This document shows positions 29,448 through 38,788 of a DNA stretch of 64,000 bases, one piece after another. The stretch lies in NCBI GenBank assembly GCA_016185525.1, contig JACPNK010000007.1:23008-87007 (forward strand), read 5' to 3'. Below the pieces are notes generated by a model. That model did not search any database. It had not been told where the DNA came from and saw nothing but the letters and a program-made list of their open reading frames with translations. Both the position numbers and the translations under genes were made by a program. Source of the stretch: Candidatus Yanofskybacteria bacterium (lineage in GTDB: Bacteria; Patescibacteriota; Minisyncoccia; 2-02-FULL-40-12; IGHO2-12-FULL-4). Every line of letters starts with the position of its first letter. The stretch's first letter is position 1.

Positions 29448-30092
29448 ATGGGACAAAAAATATCACCAACATCTTTCAGGATAGGTTTAAATAAGGACTG
29501 GCTTTCCCGGTGGTTTGGTCTTGGCAGAAAGTATGTGGAATATTTTAGAGAAGATTTTGTCATCAGACAATTTTTGTCTAAGAAGATCAAAAATATGAGT
29601 GTAGACAGAGTGGAAATTGAAAAAAGTCCGGATGTTTTAACAATTATTATCCATACCGCCAGACCCGGTTTGTTGATAGGACGGGGCGGAACCGGTGCGG
29701 AGGATTTAAAAAAAGAAATTTTAAGACTGGTTAAGAGAAAGACCGCTATCAGAATAGATATCCAAGAATATAAAAATCCGGAAACTTCAGCGGCAATTAT
29801 GGCGGAGTCTATAGTTGAGCAAATAGAAAAAAGGATGCCTTTCAGAAGGATATTAAAACAGACATTGGCAAAAATTATTGCTAACAAAAAAGATGTAAAA
29901 GGAGCAAAAATTGAAGTTGCCGGCAGGCTTAATGGCGCAGAAATTGCCAGAACCGAACATTTGGAAGAAGGAAATCTACCGTTACAAACATTGCGCGCTG
30001 AAATAGATTATGCCAAAAGGACTGCTCATACGACTTATGGCACAATCGGTGTTAAAGTCTGGATATATAAAGGAGAACGATTTGGTTATTAA
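29448..30092 (+). CDS. rpsC: 30S ribosomal protein S3
   Basis: [18 protein letters not shown]... The N-terminal extension in the ORF track (start 29358) is spurious. Confidence 0.9.
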   Translation: MGQKISPTSFRIGLNKDWLSRWFGLGRKYVEYFREDFVIRQFLSKKIKNMSVDRVEIEKSPDVLTIIIHTARPGLLIGRGGTGAEDLKKEILRLVKRKTAIRIDIQEYKNPETSAAIMAESIVEQIEKRMPFRRILKQTLAKIIANKKDVKGAKIEVAGRLNGAEIARTEHLEEGNLPLQTLRAEIDYAKRTAHTTYGTIGVKVWIYKGERFGY

Positions 30093-30109
30093 TAAGTTAT
30101 TTTTTAATT

Positions 30110-30514
30110 ATGCTTCAGCCAAAAAGAATAAAACATCGCAAAGTGCATCCAGGCAGACTTCCAAAAAAGGCAACAAGAGGCTTTACTTTAAGCTTTGGCG
30201 GTTTTGGTCTGAAAGCGCTGGAATCTGCTTGGATAAATTCCCGTCAGATAGAGTCGGCAAGGCGTACTATGACTCGGTTTATACAAAGAGGCGGTAAAAT
30301 ATGGATAAGAGTTTTTCCTGATAAGCCGGTTACCGCAAAACCGCCGGAAGTCGGAATGGGCGGAGGAGCCGGAGCTTTGAAAGAGTTTGTTGCTCCCATA
30401 GGAGCCGGCAAGATATTGTTTGAAATGGATGGTGTCAGTGAGGCTGTTGCCAGAGAAGCTTTCCGGCTTGCGGCTTTCAAGTTGCCGATAAAAACACAGT
30501 TTATTAAAAGATAA
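30110..30514 (+). CDS. rplP: 50S ribosomal protein L16
   Basis: [13 protein letters not shown]... Confidence 0.9.
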   Translation: MLQPKRIKHRKVHPGRLPKKATRGFTLSFGGFGLKALESAWINSRQIESARRTMTRFIQRGGKIWIRVFPDKPVTAKPPEVGMGGGAGALKEFVAPIGAGKILFEMDGVSEAVAREAFRLAAFKLPIKTQFIKR

Positions 30515-30515
30515 T

Positions 30516-30707
30516 ATGAAATTTAAAGAAGTCAAAGAAAAAAAACAGGAAGAGTTGCGGGAGATGCTTAAAAACTTGCGCATTAAGCTGGGCAAACTGC
30601 TTTTTGACTTGAACAGCAACAGTTTAAAGGACTTTAGCCAGGTTCAGAAAACAAAGAAAGATATTGCCAGAATTTTGACTGCTTTGAAATTAACCGTTAG
30701 TAATTAA
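30516..30707 (+). CDS. rpmC: 50S ribosomal protein L29
   Basis: 63 aa with the L29 pattern, sitting in the S10-spc operon position. Confidence 0.8.
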   Translation: MKFKEVKEKKQEELREMLKNLRIKLGKLLFDLNSNSLKDFSQVQKTKKDIARILTALKLTVSN

Positions 30708-30713
30708 TTACTT

Positions 30714-30968
30714 ATGAATCAAAAAGACAAAACACCGCGTATTTTGAAAGGAGTTGTGGTTTCCGATAAGATGCGGAAAACCGTCGTAGTTGAAGTCGTT
30801 CACCTTAGAAAACATCCGAAATACAAAAAATATTTTAAGGTTTCCAAAAGGTATAAGGTGCACGATGAACAGAATGAATACCACACAGGAGACAAAGTCT
30901 TGATTCGGGAAACCAGGCCTTTGTCTAAAGACAAGAGGTTTAAGGTTTATTCAAGGGTTAGTAAGTAA
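30714..30968 (+). CDS. rpsQ: 30S ribosomal protein S17
   Basis: [18 protein letters not shown]... Confidence 0.9.
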   Translation: MNQKDKTPRILKGVVVSDKMRKTVVVEVVHLRKHPKYKKYFKVSKRYKVHDEQNEYHTGDKVLIRETRPLSKDKRFKVYSRVSK

Positions 30969-30979
30969 TTTTTTCTACC

Positions 30980-31345
30980 ATGTTGCAGATGCGTTCAATA
31001 ATTGATGTTGCCGATAATAGTGGAGCCAAAAAGGTTGGCCTTATTAAGGTTTTGGGCGGGACGCGCAAAAGATACGCCCAGATTGGAGACATAATTGTTG
31101 TTTCCGTAAAATCGGCAGAACCGCGCAAGCAGGTAAAGAAAAAAGATGTTGTCCGGGCTTTGGTAGTCAGACAGAGACAGCCTTTCCGCCGGCCGGACGG
31201 CAGTTATATCAGGTTTGATGATAACGCGGTTGTTATCTTAGATGGTAAAGAACCGAAAGGCGGCCGTGTTTTTGGACCGATACCAAGAGAGATCAAGGAA
31301 CGAGGTTATGATACGATTGCAAGTTTGGCGCAAGAAGTTGTCTAG
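30980..31345 (+). CDS. rplN: 50S ribosomal protein L14
   Basis: [18 protein letters not shown]... Confidence 0.95.
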   Translation: MLQMRSIIDVADNSGAKKVGLIKVLGGTRKRYAQIGDIIVVSVKSAEPRKQVKKKDVVRALVVRQRQPFRRPDGSYIRFDDNAVVILDGKEPKGGRVFGPIPREIKERGYDTIASLAQEVV

Positions 31346-31377
31346 TTGTTAACAAGTTTTGAAAATATCAATCTTTC

Positions 31378-31544
31378 AGTACGTTCGTCTGCTCCTGCGG
31401 CAGACTCACTCGCGCTGAAGTTGCAAAGGAGAAGTTTCTGGTGGGCGGTGCTTTAGCCCGCCCATAGAATCTCCTAGGGTTTGCTCGCAGTTATAAGAAT
31501 AATTATACTGCTCGCAACCAAGCAACCCTCAACTTCAGAGCGAC
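31378..31544 (+). repeat. Structured intergenic repeat element (second copy at 57608-57741)
   Basis: Both copies share the blocks agtacgttcgtctgctcctgc...ggcagactcactcgcgctgaagttg...gggtttgctcgcagttataagaataattatactgctcgcaaccaagcaaccctcaacttcagagcgac. A long-range pairing cgctgaagttg/caacttcagagcg is present. Confidence 0.7.
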
Positions 31545-31586
31545 TTCAAGAGTGATATTCTCAAAACTTGTTAAAAGAGTAGTCAT

Positions 31587-31904
31587 ATGAAAATCAAGAA
31601 AAATGACAAAGTAAAAATGCTTTCGGGAAAAGACCGGGGTAAAACCGGCAAGGTGATTTTTGTTTTGAATAAGGAGGACGAAGGCGCGAGAGTGGTGGTG
31701 GAGGGTTTAAATAAAATTAAGAAGCACCAGAGACCGAAGAAGCAGGGTCAAAAAGGACAGATTGTTTCTGTGGAAAGAGCGGTAGCTATTTCCACAGTGC
31801 AGTTAGTTTGTCCAAGTTGCGGCAAACCGACCAGAGTAGGCCAAAAAATTGACGGCAAAAACAAGACGAGAGTTTGTAAAAAATGTGGAGCAGTAGTTTT
31901 GTAA
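31587..31904 (+). CDS. rplX: 50S ribosomal protein L24 with a C-terminal CxxC...CxxC zinc ribbon
   Basis: KOW motif (KIKKNDKVKMLSGKDRGKTGKV), then CPSCGK...CKKCG. Confidence 0.85.
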   Translation: MKIKKNDKVKMLSGKDRGKTGKVIFVLNKEDEGARVVVEGLNKIKKHQRPKKQGQKGQIVSVERAVAISTVQLVCPSCGKPTRVGQKIDGKNKTRVCKKCGAVVL

Positions 31905-31918
31905 ATCGTTATCAAAAT

Positions 31919-32479
31919 ATGCCAGTATCACGTTTACTAACAAAATATAGAAAAGAAGTGATTCCTGCTATGCAGGCTAAGTTTGGCTACAAGAATATCA
32001 TGCAAGTACCCAAGGTAATCAAGGTGGTTTTGAATATTGGTGTGGGCAAGCATCTCAAAGACGACAAAATGCTGGCGAATATTGAGAAGGACTTGGCTTT
32101 GATTGCCGGACAAAAACCGGTGCCGACATTTGCCAAGAAGTCTATTTCCGGTTTTAAAGTAAGAGCCGGCATGAAAGTCGGCTACAAACTTACCTTGCGC
32201 GGAAGCAGAATGTATGGTTTTATAGATAGATTAATTTCTATTGCTTTACCCAGAACAAAAGACTTCAGGGGTATTGATGCCAAGTCTTTTGACGCTAAAA
32301 GTGTTTTGAATATGGGTATTTTGGAGCATAGCGTTTTTCCGGAGATCCATTACGAATCTCTTAAGGACGTGTTTAGCTTTGAAACAGCCGTGGTGACTAA
32401 CTCAAGAAAAAGAGAAGAAACTGTGGAACTGTTGAAATTAATGGGGTTTCCAATAAGAGTTAGTTCAAAAAGTTCGTAA
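31919..32479 (+). CDS. rplE: 50S ribosomal protein L5
   Basis: MPVSRLLTKYRKEVIPAM... The ATG at 31919 is preferred. Confidence 0.9.
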   Translation: MPVSRLLTKYRKEVIPAMQAKFGYKNIMQVPKVIKVVLNIGVGKHLKDDKMLANIEKDLALIAGQKPVPTFAKKSISGFKVRAGMKVGYKLTLRGSRMYGFIDRLISIALPRTKDFRGIDAKSFDAKSVLNMGILEHSVFPEIHYESLKDVFSFETAVVTNSRKREETVELLKLMGFPIRVSSKSS

Positions 32480-32563
32480 AGTTAGAAAGTTCATAAAGTA
32501 AGAAATTAAAACTTGATGAACTTGATAAACTTTTAACTTGATAAACTAGTTTGTGAAACAAAT

Positions 32564-32749
32564 ATGGCAAAAGAATCAACAAAAGCAAGAGCTAAGAAAA
32601 AACCAAAATTTTCCAGCAGAATTGTCAGGCGCTGTTTTGTTTGCGGCAGGAAATATGGTTACATGCGCAAGTTTGATATTTGCCGCATTCATTTCAGAGA
32701 ATTGGCAAGCGAGGGTCTTTTGCCTGGGATTAAAAAAAGTAGTTGGTAG
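32564..32749 (+). CDS. rpsZ: 30S ribosomal protein S14 type Z (zinc-binding)
   Basis: 61 aa with CFVCGRK...CRIHFRE. Confidence 0.9.
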   Translation: MAKESTKARAKKKPKFSSRIVRRCFVCGRKYGYMRKFDICRIHFRELASEGLLPGIKKSSW

Positions 32750-32767
32750 TAAATTATTTTAAAAAAT

Positions 32768-33169
32768 ATGGTTAATTCAGTTGCCGACATGTTAATAAGA
32801 ATAAAGAATGCTCAAATGGCAGGCAAGGAGCGTGTTTTGGTTCCTTTTTCCAGGGCAAAGTTTGATGTGGCTAAAATACTGAAAGAAAACGGTCTGGTTC
32901 AGGAGATTGAAAGAAAAAAGAAAAAAGTTAGCAAAACAGAACAAGTGTTTTTGGAAGTAAAACTGGACTTAAGCCGCGGGATAATGCCGATTGCCGGAAT
33001 TAAGATTTTTAGCAAGCCGTCCAGACGGGTTTATCTTGGCAAGAAAGATATTAAGCCGGTTGTTTCCGGGTATGGCATATCTATAATTTCAACTTCACGC
33101 GGAATTATGAGCGGACAAGATGCTAGAAAAAATAATTTGGGCGGGGAGTTGATTGCGGAAGTCTGGTAA
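32768..33169 (+). CDS. rpsH: 30S ribosomal protein S8
   Basis: DMLIRIKNAQMA... Confidence 0.9.
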   Translation: MVNSVADMLIRIKNAQMAGKERVLVPFSRAKFDVAKILKENGLVQEIERKKKKVSKTEQVFLEVKLDLSRGIMPIAGIKIFSKPSRRVYLGKKDIKPVVSGYGISIISTSRGIMSGQDARKNNLGGELIAEVW

Positions 33170-33185
33170 AAATCAAACAAACCAC

Positions 33186-33731
33186 ATGAGCAGAACAGGA
33201 AAAAAACCAATATTGTTGCCAAGCGAGGTTGAATTAAAAGTTCAAGATGGTTTTGTTGTGGCCAAGGGGCCAAATGGCGAGTTGAAAAAGAAGCTTGATC
33301 CGAGGATACTTGTTGAAGTCCGAGATGGCAAGGTTTTTGTCAAACCGAAAGACATAAACGAAGAAACCGCTCCCCTTTGGGGATTATACCGGTCTTTGAT
33401 ATTCAACATGGTGAAAGGTTCTTCGTCGCAATTTGAAAAGATTTTGACTTTTCAGGGGGTGGGCTTTAGGGCGTCTGTTAAGGGAAGTGATTTAGAGTTG
33501 CATCTTGGATTTACCAATCCCGTAACTATCAAAGGTCCCGATGGAATTTCTTTCAAAGTGGAGAAAAACAAAATCATAGTTTCCGGCAGTGACAAGGAGA
33601 CGGTTGGGCAGGTGGCGGCAGAAATAAGAAAGCAAAGAAAGCCGGAACCCTATCAAGGCAGCGGCATTAAATATGAAAAAGAAGTTATTGTCAGAAAAGC
33701 CGGCAAGAAAGCTGCGGTAGCTGCGGCCTAG
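33186..33731 (+). CDS. rplF: 50S ribosomal protein L6
   Basis: MSRTGKKPILLPSEVELKV... Confidence 0.9.
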   Translation: MSRTGKKPILLPSEVELKVQDGFVVAKGPNGELKKKLDPRILVEVRDGKVFVKPKDINEETAPLWGLYRSLIFNMVKGSSSQFEKILTFQGVGFRASVKGSDLELHLGFTNPVTIKGPDGISFKVEKNKIIVSGSDKETVGQVAAEIRKQRKPEPYQGSGIKYEKEVIVRKAGKKAAVAAA

Positions 33732-33752
33732 TATGTTTAATTAAGTTTTAAA

Positions 33753-34103
33753 ATGGCTGAAAAAACAAACAAAATAATACAACGCCGTAAAAGACATATT
33801 CGTGTCAGGGCTAAAATCAGCGGTACAGAAAAAGTACCCAGAATTTCTGTTTTTCGCAGTGCGAAGCATGTTTATGTCCAAGCCGTCAATGACACTATAG
33901 GTAAGACCGTTTTTTCCGCGAGCGATAGTGACCTGAAAGAAAAAAATAAAATTAAAAAATCTTTTGCGGTTGGTGAGATGCTTGGCCAAGCGATAAAAAA
34001 AGAGGGTATTTCTAAAATATTGTTTGATCGGGGAGGCTTCAAATACCATGGCCGTATAAAAGCTTTGGCAGATGGGCTTAGAAGCGCGGGTCTTAAGTTC
34101 TAA
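33753..34103 (+). CDS. rplR: 50S ribosomal protein L18
   Basis: RRKRHIRVRAKISGT...PRISVFRSAKH. Confidence 0.9.
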   Translation: MAEKTNKIIQRRKRHIRVRAKISGTEKVPRISVFRSAKHVYVQAVNDTIGKTVFSASDSDLKEKNKIKKSFAVGEMLGQAIKKEGISKILFDRGGFKYHGRIKALADGLRSAGLKF

Positions 34104-34111
34104 TTTGTCCG

Positions 34112-34714
34112 TTGTTTATGAACAAAAATTTCAGCAGTTTCAATAACAAGGAAAAAGGAGGAAGAGAGCGTTCTGCTAACTGGCGCAAAAAAGACGGCCT
34201 TTCACCCGACAAGAGGTCTGATTTTGATCAGAAGGTTTTAGATATTGCTCGAGTAACCAGGGTTACCAAGGGAGGCAAGCGTTTCAGTTTTAGGGCAACC
34301 GTTGTTATCGGCGACAAAAAAGGCTCAGTCGGTCTTGGTGTTGCTCAAGGCAAGGATGTTTCACAAGCTATTCAAAAAGCTGTTCATCAAGCTAAAAAAG
34401 AAATAATAAAAATTCAGGTTAAAAACGGAACAATTTTGCATCAGGTTACCGCCAAGTACAATAGTGCGGTGGTTATAATAAAGCCGGCCGGTTTGGGCAA
34501 TGGCGTCAAAGCCGGCGGACCGGTTAGGGCAGTCGCCAAACTTAGCGGTATAGAAAATATTACCGCCAAACTTTTGTCCAGAACGGGCAATAAAATAAAT
34601 ATAGCCAAGGCTGCGTTAGAAGCCTTGAAAAAACTTAGAGTGGAAACCGTTGTTGAAAGCAAAGCGGAAGCAGATAATTTGGTCAATAATACGACACAAA
34701 ATGCAAATACATGA
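34112..34714 (+). CDS. rpsE: 30S ribosomal protein S5
   Basis: VTRVTKGGKRFSFRATVVIGDKKG. Confidence 0.9.
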   Translation: MFMNKNFSSFNNKEKGGRERSANWRKKDGLSPDKRSDFDQKVLDIARVTRVTKGGKRFSFRATVVIGDKKGSVGLGVAQGKDVSQAIQKAVHQAKKEIIKIQVKNGTILHQVTAKYNSAVVIIKPAGLGNGVKAGGPVRAVAKLSGIENITAKLLSRTGNKINIAKAALEALKKLRVETVVESKAEADNLVNNTTQNANT

Positions 34715-35159
34715 ACTGAAAAAATTAAATAAAACCAAGACTAAAAAACGGGTTGGCCGCGGAGGCAAAAGAGGCACTTTTTCCGGGCGGGGCAGTAAGG
34801 GCCAGATGGCCAGAGGCGCCAGACTGGGCGCAGATTTCAGGGGCGGTAATGCTCCCCTCTGGAAGCTTTTTCCCAAGAAAAGAGGATCAAACAAAAAGGT
34901 TGAAATCAAACACCGCAGTTTTAATGTGAAACAGTTAAAACCAGAGATTATTAATTTGGGGCGGATTAATGATATGTTTTCCGAAGGAGATTTGGTAAAT
35001 CCAAGGACTTTGAATGAGAAAAAAGTTACTCGGTCTAAAATCGCGAAGATTAAGTTGCTTGGCGATGGTGAGCTTGTCAAAAAACTTATTTTTTCAGGAA
35101 TTACATTTTCTGGTCAGGCCAGAGAAAAAGTTCTAAAGTCGGGGTCTGAAATAAAATAA
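34701..35159 (+). CDS. rplO: 50S ribosomal protein L15 (overlaps rpsE by 14 nt; no rpmD/L30 gene in between)
   Basis: MQIHELKKLNKTKTKKRVGRGGKRGTFSGRG. Confidence 0.85.
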   Translation: MQIHELKKLNKTKTKKRVGRGGKRGTFSGRGSKGQMARGARLGADFRGGNAPLWKLFPKKRGSNKKVEIKHRSFNVKQLKPEIINLGRINDMFSEGDLVNPRTLNEKKVTRSKIAKIKLLGDGELVKKLIFSGITFSGQAREKVLKSGSEIK

Positions 35160-35166
35160 ATTTTTT

Positions 35167-36426
35167 ATGGATAAACTTTTGAGGATTTTTAAAATCAAGG
35201 ACTTGAGGAATAAAGTTTTTTTCATTCTTGGGATTTTGGTTGTTTTCAGAATTGCTTCCGCTATCCCTATTCCAAGCGTTGATGCGGTTAGATTGAAGGC
35301 GTTTTTTGAAGATAATCAGCTTTTCAGTCTGATTAGTGTTTTCACCGGAGGAGGGTTATCCAGCCTTTCAATTGTAATGTTGGGTTTGGGGCCGTATATT
35401 ACCGGATCTATTATAATGCAGCTTTTGACCATGATTTTTCCATCACTGGAGGAAATATATAAATACGGAGGCGAGGCCGGCAAAGCCAAATTCAACCAAT
35501 ACTCTAGGATGCTGACAGTTCCCTTGGCCTTGCTACAGGGGTATGGTTTTATGCTTTTGCTTTCTCGGCAGGGAGTTTTACAGCCTTTGAATTTAATGCA
35601 GTGGGCTTCATCTTTGATTGTCGTTACCGCCGGCGCTGTGCTTTTGATGTGGCTGGGCGAACTGATAACGGAGAAAAATATAGGCAACGGCATATCTATT
35701 TTAATTTTTGCCGGAATTATGGCCGGCTTTCCTACCGCTCTTCAGCGAACTAAAGAGACTTTTGATTATACACAACTCTTTACTTATCTGGGTTTTGCTA
35801 TAGTTGCGCTTATCGTGATTGTTGGCGTAGTTTATTTAACCGAAGCCCAAAGGAATATTCCCATCAATTATGCCAAGCGAGTCAGGGGAATGAAAATGTA
35901 CGGCGGAGTTTCCACCTACTTGCCCATGAGGGTTAATAATGCCGGAGTTATGCCTATTATTTTTGCTTTGTCCATTTTATTGTTTCCGGGCATGATTGCT
36001 AATTTTTTTGCCGCTTCCAACATCAGTTTTGTCGCTAATGTGGCTAACTTTTTGAACGGCTTTATTCAAAACAGTTATTTCTACAGCGCGTCTTATTTTA
36101 TTTTGGTTGTCGTCTTTACTTATTTTTATACGGCTATCACTTTTGACCCTAAATCAATTTCTGAAAATATCCAGAAACAGGGCGGCTATATTCCGGGCAT
36201 ACGTCCGGGCTTGGCGACGACCCAGTTTTTGTATCACCTGCTCAATCGTATTACTTTGGTTGGCGCTGTGTTTTTGGGCGTGATTGCCGTCATGCCGAAT
36301 ATCGTTCAGGGTTTTACCGGAATAACCTCTTTCAGTGTTGGCGGCACCTCTATTTTGATTGTAGTTTCGGTTGTGCTGGAAGTTATGAAGCAGATGGATG
36401 CACAGATATCAATGTATGAGTACTAG
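35167..36426 (+). CDS. secY: Preprotein translocase SecY
   Basis: 10-TM protein with SecY signatures. Confidence 0.95.
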   Translation: MDKLLRIFKIKDLRNKVFFILGILVVFRIASAIPIPSVDAVRLKAFFEDNQLFSLISVFTGGGLSSLSIVMLGLGPYITGSIIMQLLTMIFPSLEEIYKYGGEAGKAKFNQYSRMLTVPLALLQGYGFMLLLSRQGVLQPLNLMQWASSLIVVTAGAVLLMWLGELITEKNIGNGISILIFAGIMAGFPTALQRTKETFDYTQLFTYLGFAIVALIVIVGVVYLTEAQRNIPINYAKRVRGMKMYGGVSTYLPMRVNNAGVMPIIFALSILLFPGMIANFFAASNISFVANVANFLNGFIQNSYFYSASYFILVVVFTYFYTAITFDPKSISENIQKQGGYIPGIRPGLATTQFLYHLLNRITLVGAVFLGVIAVMPNIVQGFTGITSFSVGGTSILIVVSVVLEVMKQMDAQISMYEY

Positions 36427-36538
36427 AGCTTTAGCGAGGAGCTATGCAATCCACAGTTCGCAACGCCTTCAAAAGCATTATCTCTAAAGCCCCTTAAACC
36501 ATTGGTCACAATTAGCGTTTAGGATTATAATTGTACTT

Positions 36539-37204
36539 ATGAAAAAGGCTGTGATATTAATAGGCCCTATTGGTTCAGGCAAAGGAACGCAGGCCGATAT
36601 TTTGGCGGAAAAATTTGGACTGATTCATCTTGAAACCTCCAAGCTTCTTGAGTATGAATTTAAAAATGGAGATCAGGCAGATTCTAAACTGATTGAACAG
36701 AAAAAGCTTTGGGAATCCGGTATATTATGCGATCCGGAATGGGTAACCGGTCTGATTTTAAAGGAAGTTGCCAAGTTGGTCCAACAAGGCAGAGGAATTG
36801 TTTTCAGCGCGTCTCCGCGCACTCTTTTTGAAGCCGAAAAACAAATACCAGAGCTAGAAAAAGTTTTTGGCAAAGAAAACATTTATGTTTTTCACATCGG
36901 TCTTAGTGAAGCGGAGTCTATCAAGAGGAACAGTGGCAGGAGAATTTGTGAAGAAAACCGTCATCCTATTCCCGATTTTCCAGAGTTCAAAAACGCAACA
37001 ACTTGTCCGAAAGACGGCTCGAGACTTATTACTAGAGAATTAGACAAGCCGGAAGTGATTAAAATCAGGTTTCAGGAATATATGAACAGGACTTATCCAA
37101 TTTTAGGTTATCTTCAAGAGCGTGACTACAAAATTATTAGAATTAACGGCGAACAGCCGATAGAAAAGGTGTCAGAAGATATTTTAAAGAATTTCAATGA
37201 TTAA
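36539..37204 (+). CDS. adk: Adenylate kinase (zinc-lid type)
   Basis: P-loop GPIGSGKGTQA plus the CEEN...C lid. Confidence 0.9.
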   Translation: MKKAVILIGPIGSGKGTQADILAEKFGLIHLETSKLLEYEFKNGDQADSKLIEQKKLWESGILCDPEWVTGLILKEVAKLVQQGRGIVFSASPRTLFEAEKQIPELEKVFGKENIYVFHIGLSEAESIKRNSGRRICEENRHPIPDFPEFKNATTCPKDGSRLITRELDKPEVIKIRFQEYMNRTYPILGYLQERDYKIIRINGEQPIEKVSEDILKNFND

Positions 37205-37961
37205 AATCAAAACAAAACAACAAATAGAAACGATGGCTGACGGCGGGAAGATTTTGAAAGAAATTTTACAAAATCTTTCACTGGCCGTTAAGCCGGGAAT
37301 TAAGACCGAGGAATTAGACAAGCTTGCAGAAGAGCTTGTTTTTTCGTGGGTCAAAAAAAATCCCGAAGCAAGCATCCTCTCTTCTTTTAAAGGTTATCGG
37401 GGCTATCCGGCGTTTATCTGTATTTCTGTAAACGACGAGGTTGTTCATGGTTTGCCTTCAGACAGAGTTATAAAAAAAGGCGATGTTATCGGCTTGGACT
37501 TTGCTGTTAAGTATAAAGGTTTGCATGTTGATTCGGCTTTAACTGTGGGGGTTGGTGAAATTTCTACCGAAGCTAAAAAGTTAATTAGAGTTACGAAAGA
37601 AGCTTTGGATGTTGGTATAAAAGAAGCGACGGTTGGCAATACCACCGGAGATATTGGTTTTGCTATTCAAAAATATGTAGAAAAAAATGGTTTCAGCGTG
37701 GTTAGGGAGTTGGTTGGCCATGGCATCGGCGAACATCTCCACGAAGAGCCTTATGTGCCAAATTATGGCAAAAAAAAGGAAGGGGAGACTCTTAAAGAAG
37801 GAATGACCATTGCTATTGAACCGATGGTCAATTTTGGTAAACACGAAGTAGTCTTGGCTAAAGACGGAATTACTTACAGAACAAAAGACGGCAGTTTGTC
37901 GGCTCACTTTGAGCATACGGTGGTGATAACAAAAGACGGGCCACGGATACTGACAACTTAA
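37197..37961 (+). CDS. map: Methionine aminopeptidase type I
   Basis: Canonical MetAP fold residues (D..D..H..E..E). Confidence 0.9.
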   Translation: MIKIKTKQQIETMADGGKILKEILQNLSLAVKPGIKTEELDKLAEELVFSWVKKNPEASILSSFKGYRGYPAFICISVNDEVVHGLPSDRVIKKGDVIGLDFAVKYKGLHVDSALTVGVGEISTEAKKLIRVTKEALDVGIKEATVGNTTGDIGFAIQKYVEKNGFSVVRELVGHGIGEHLHEEPYVPNYGKKKEGETLKEGMTIAIEPMVNFGKHEVVLAKDGITYRTKDGSLSAHFEHTVVITKDGPRILTT

Positions 37962-38022
37962 TTTTTATTTGTTATTTTACCGCTAAGCTTATTTAATAAC
38001 GTCTGCTTAAGCAAACTTTGCC

Positions 38023-38046
38023 GCCCAGTATTTCTGGGCTTTTTTT
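38023..38046 (+). terminator. Rho-independent terminator gcccag-tatttc-ctgggc plus T7 ending the S10-spc-secY-adk-map unit
   Basis: Read directly from the sequence. Confidence 0.7.
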
Positions 38047-38074
38047 GTGCTAATTTTTATGCTAGCTTGTATGT

Positions 38075-38788
38075 ATGTTTTTGTCTGTCATTATCCCTGC
38101 TTACAATGAGGAAAAACGAATAGCCAAAACGCTTTTGGCTGTGGACGAGTATCTAAAAAGGCAGACTTATCAGTACGAAATTTTGGTTGTAAACGACGGT
38201 TCAAAAGATAAGACGGCAGAGATGGTGAACGAATTAAAATCTCAAGTTTACAATTTAAGGTTGATTGACAACAAAGAAAATAATGGCAAAGGTTTTGTTG
38301 TCAGGCAAGGCATGCTGGCGGCGGGGGGCGATGTAAGATTGTTTATGGACGCCGACAATTCCACAAACATTGACCAGGTTGCCAAGTTCTTGCCGTACTT
38401 CAGTGAAGGTTACGATATTGTGGCTGGCTCAAGGCGGGCTGTCGGTTCGTTGACTGTTGTTAAACAATCCGGGTTCAGAGAATTTTTGGGTAAAATGTTC
38501 AGGTTGCTTGTGCGCATAGTCGTTCCTTTGGGAGTTGAAGACTCACAGGCTGGGTTTAAAGCTTTTTCAAAAAAGGCCGTTGAAACAGTTTTTCCGAAAC
38601 AAACTATTTTCCGCTGGGCTTTTGATGTGGAGATTTTGGCTATTGCCGGAAAATTTGGTTTCAGAATCAAGGAGGTGCCTATAATCTGGTCCAATGACGC
38701 CGAAAGCCATGTAAAATTGGGCGGGATGATTAAAATGCTTTTTGAAGTTTTAACGGTTAGAAAAAATTTATGGAGCGGAAAATATTAA
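38075..38788 (+). CDS. Family 2 glycosyltransferase (dolichyl-/polyprenyl-phosphate sugar synthase-like)
   Basis: VIIPAYNEE...VVNDGSKD...DADN. Confidence 0.8.
   Translation: MFLSVIIPAYNEEKRIAKTLLAVDEYLKRQTYQYEILVVNDGSKDKTAEMVNELKSQVYNLRLIDNKENNGKGFVVRQGMLAAGGDVRLFMDADNSTNIDQVAKFLPYFSEGYDIVAGSRRAVGSLTVVKQSGFREFLGKMFRLLVRIVVPLGVEDSQAGFKAFSKKAVETVFPKQTIFRWAFDVEILAIAGKFGFRIKEVPIIWSNDAESHVKLGGMIKMLFEVLTVRKNLWSGKY

Noticed and set aside
29351-29887. 178-aa minus-strand ORF
   Set aside because: It lies entirely antisense to rpsC and the rplV-rpsC spacer. The sense strand encodes a highly conserved S3.
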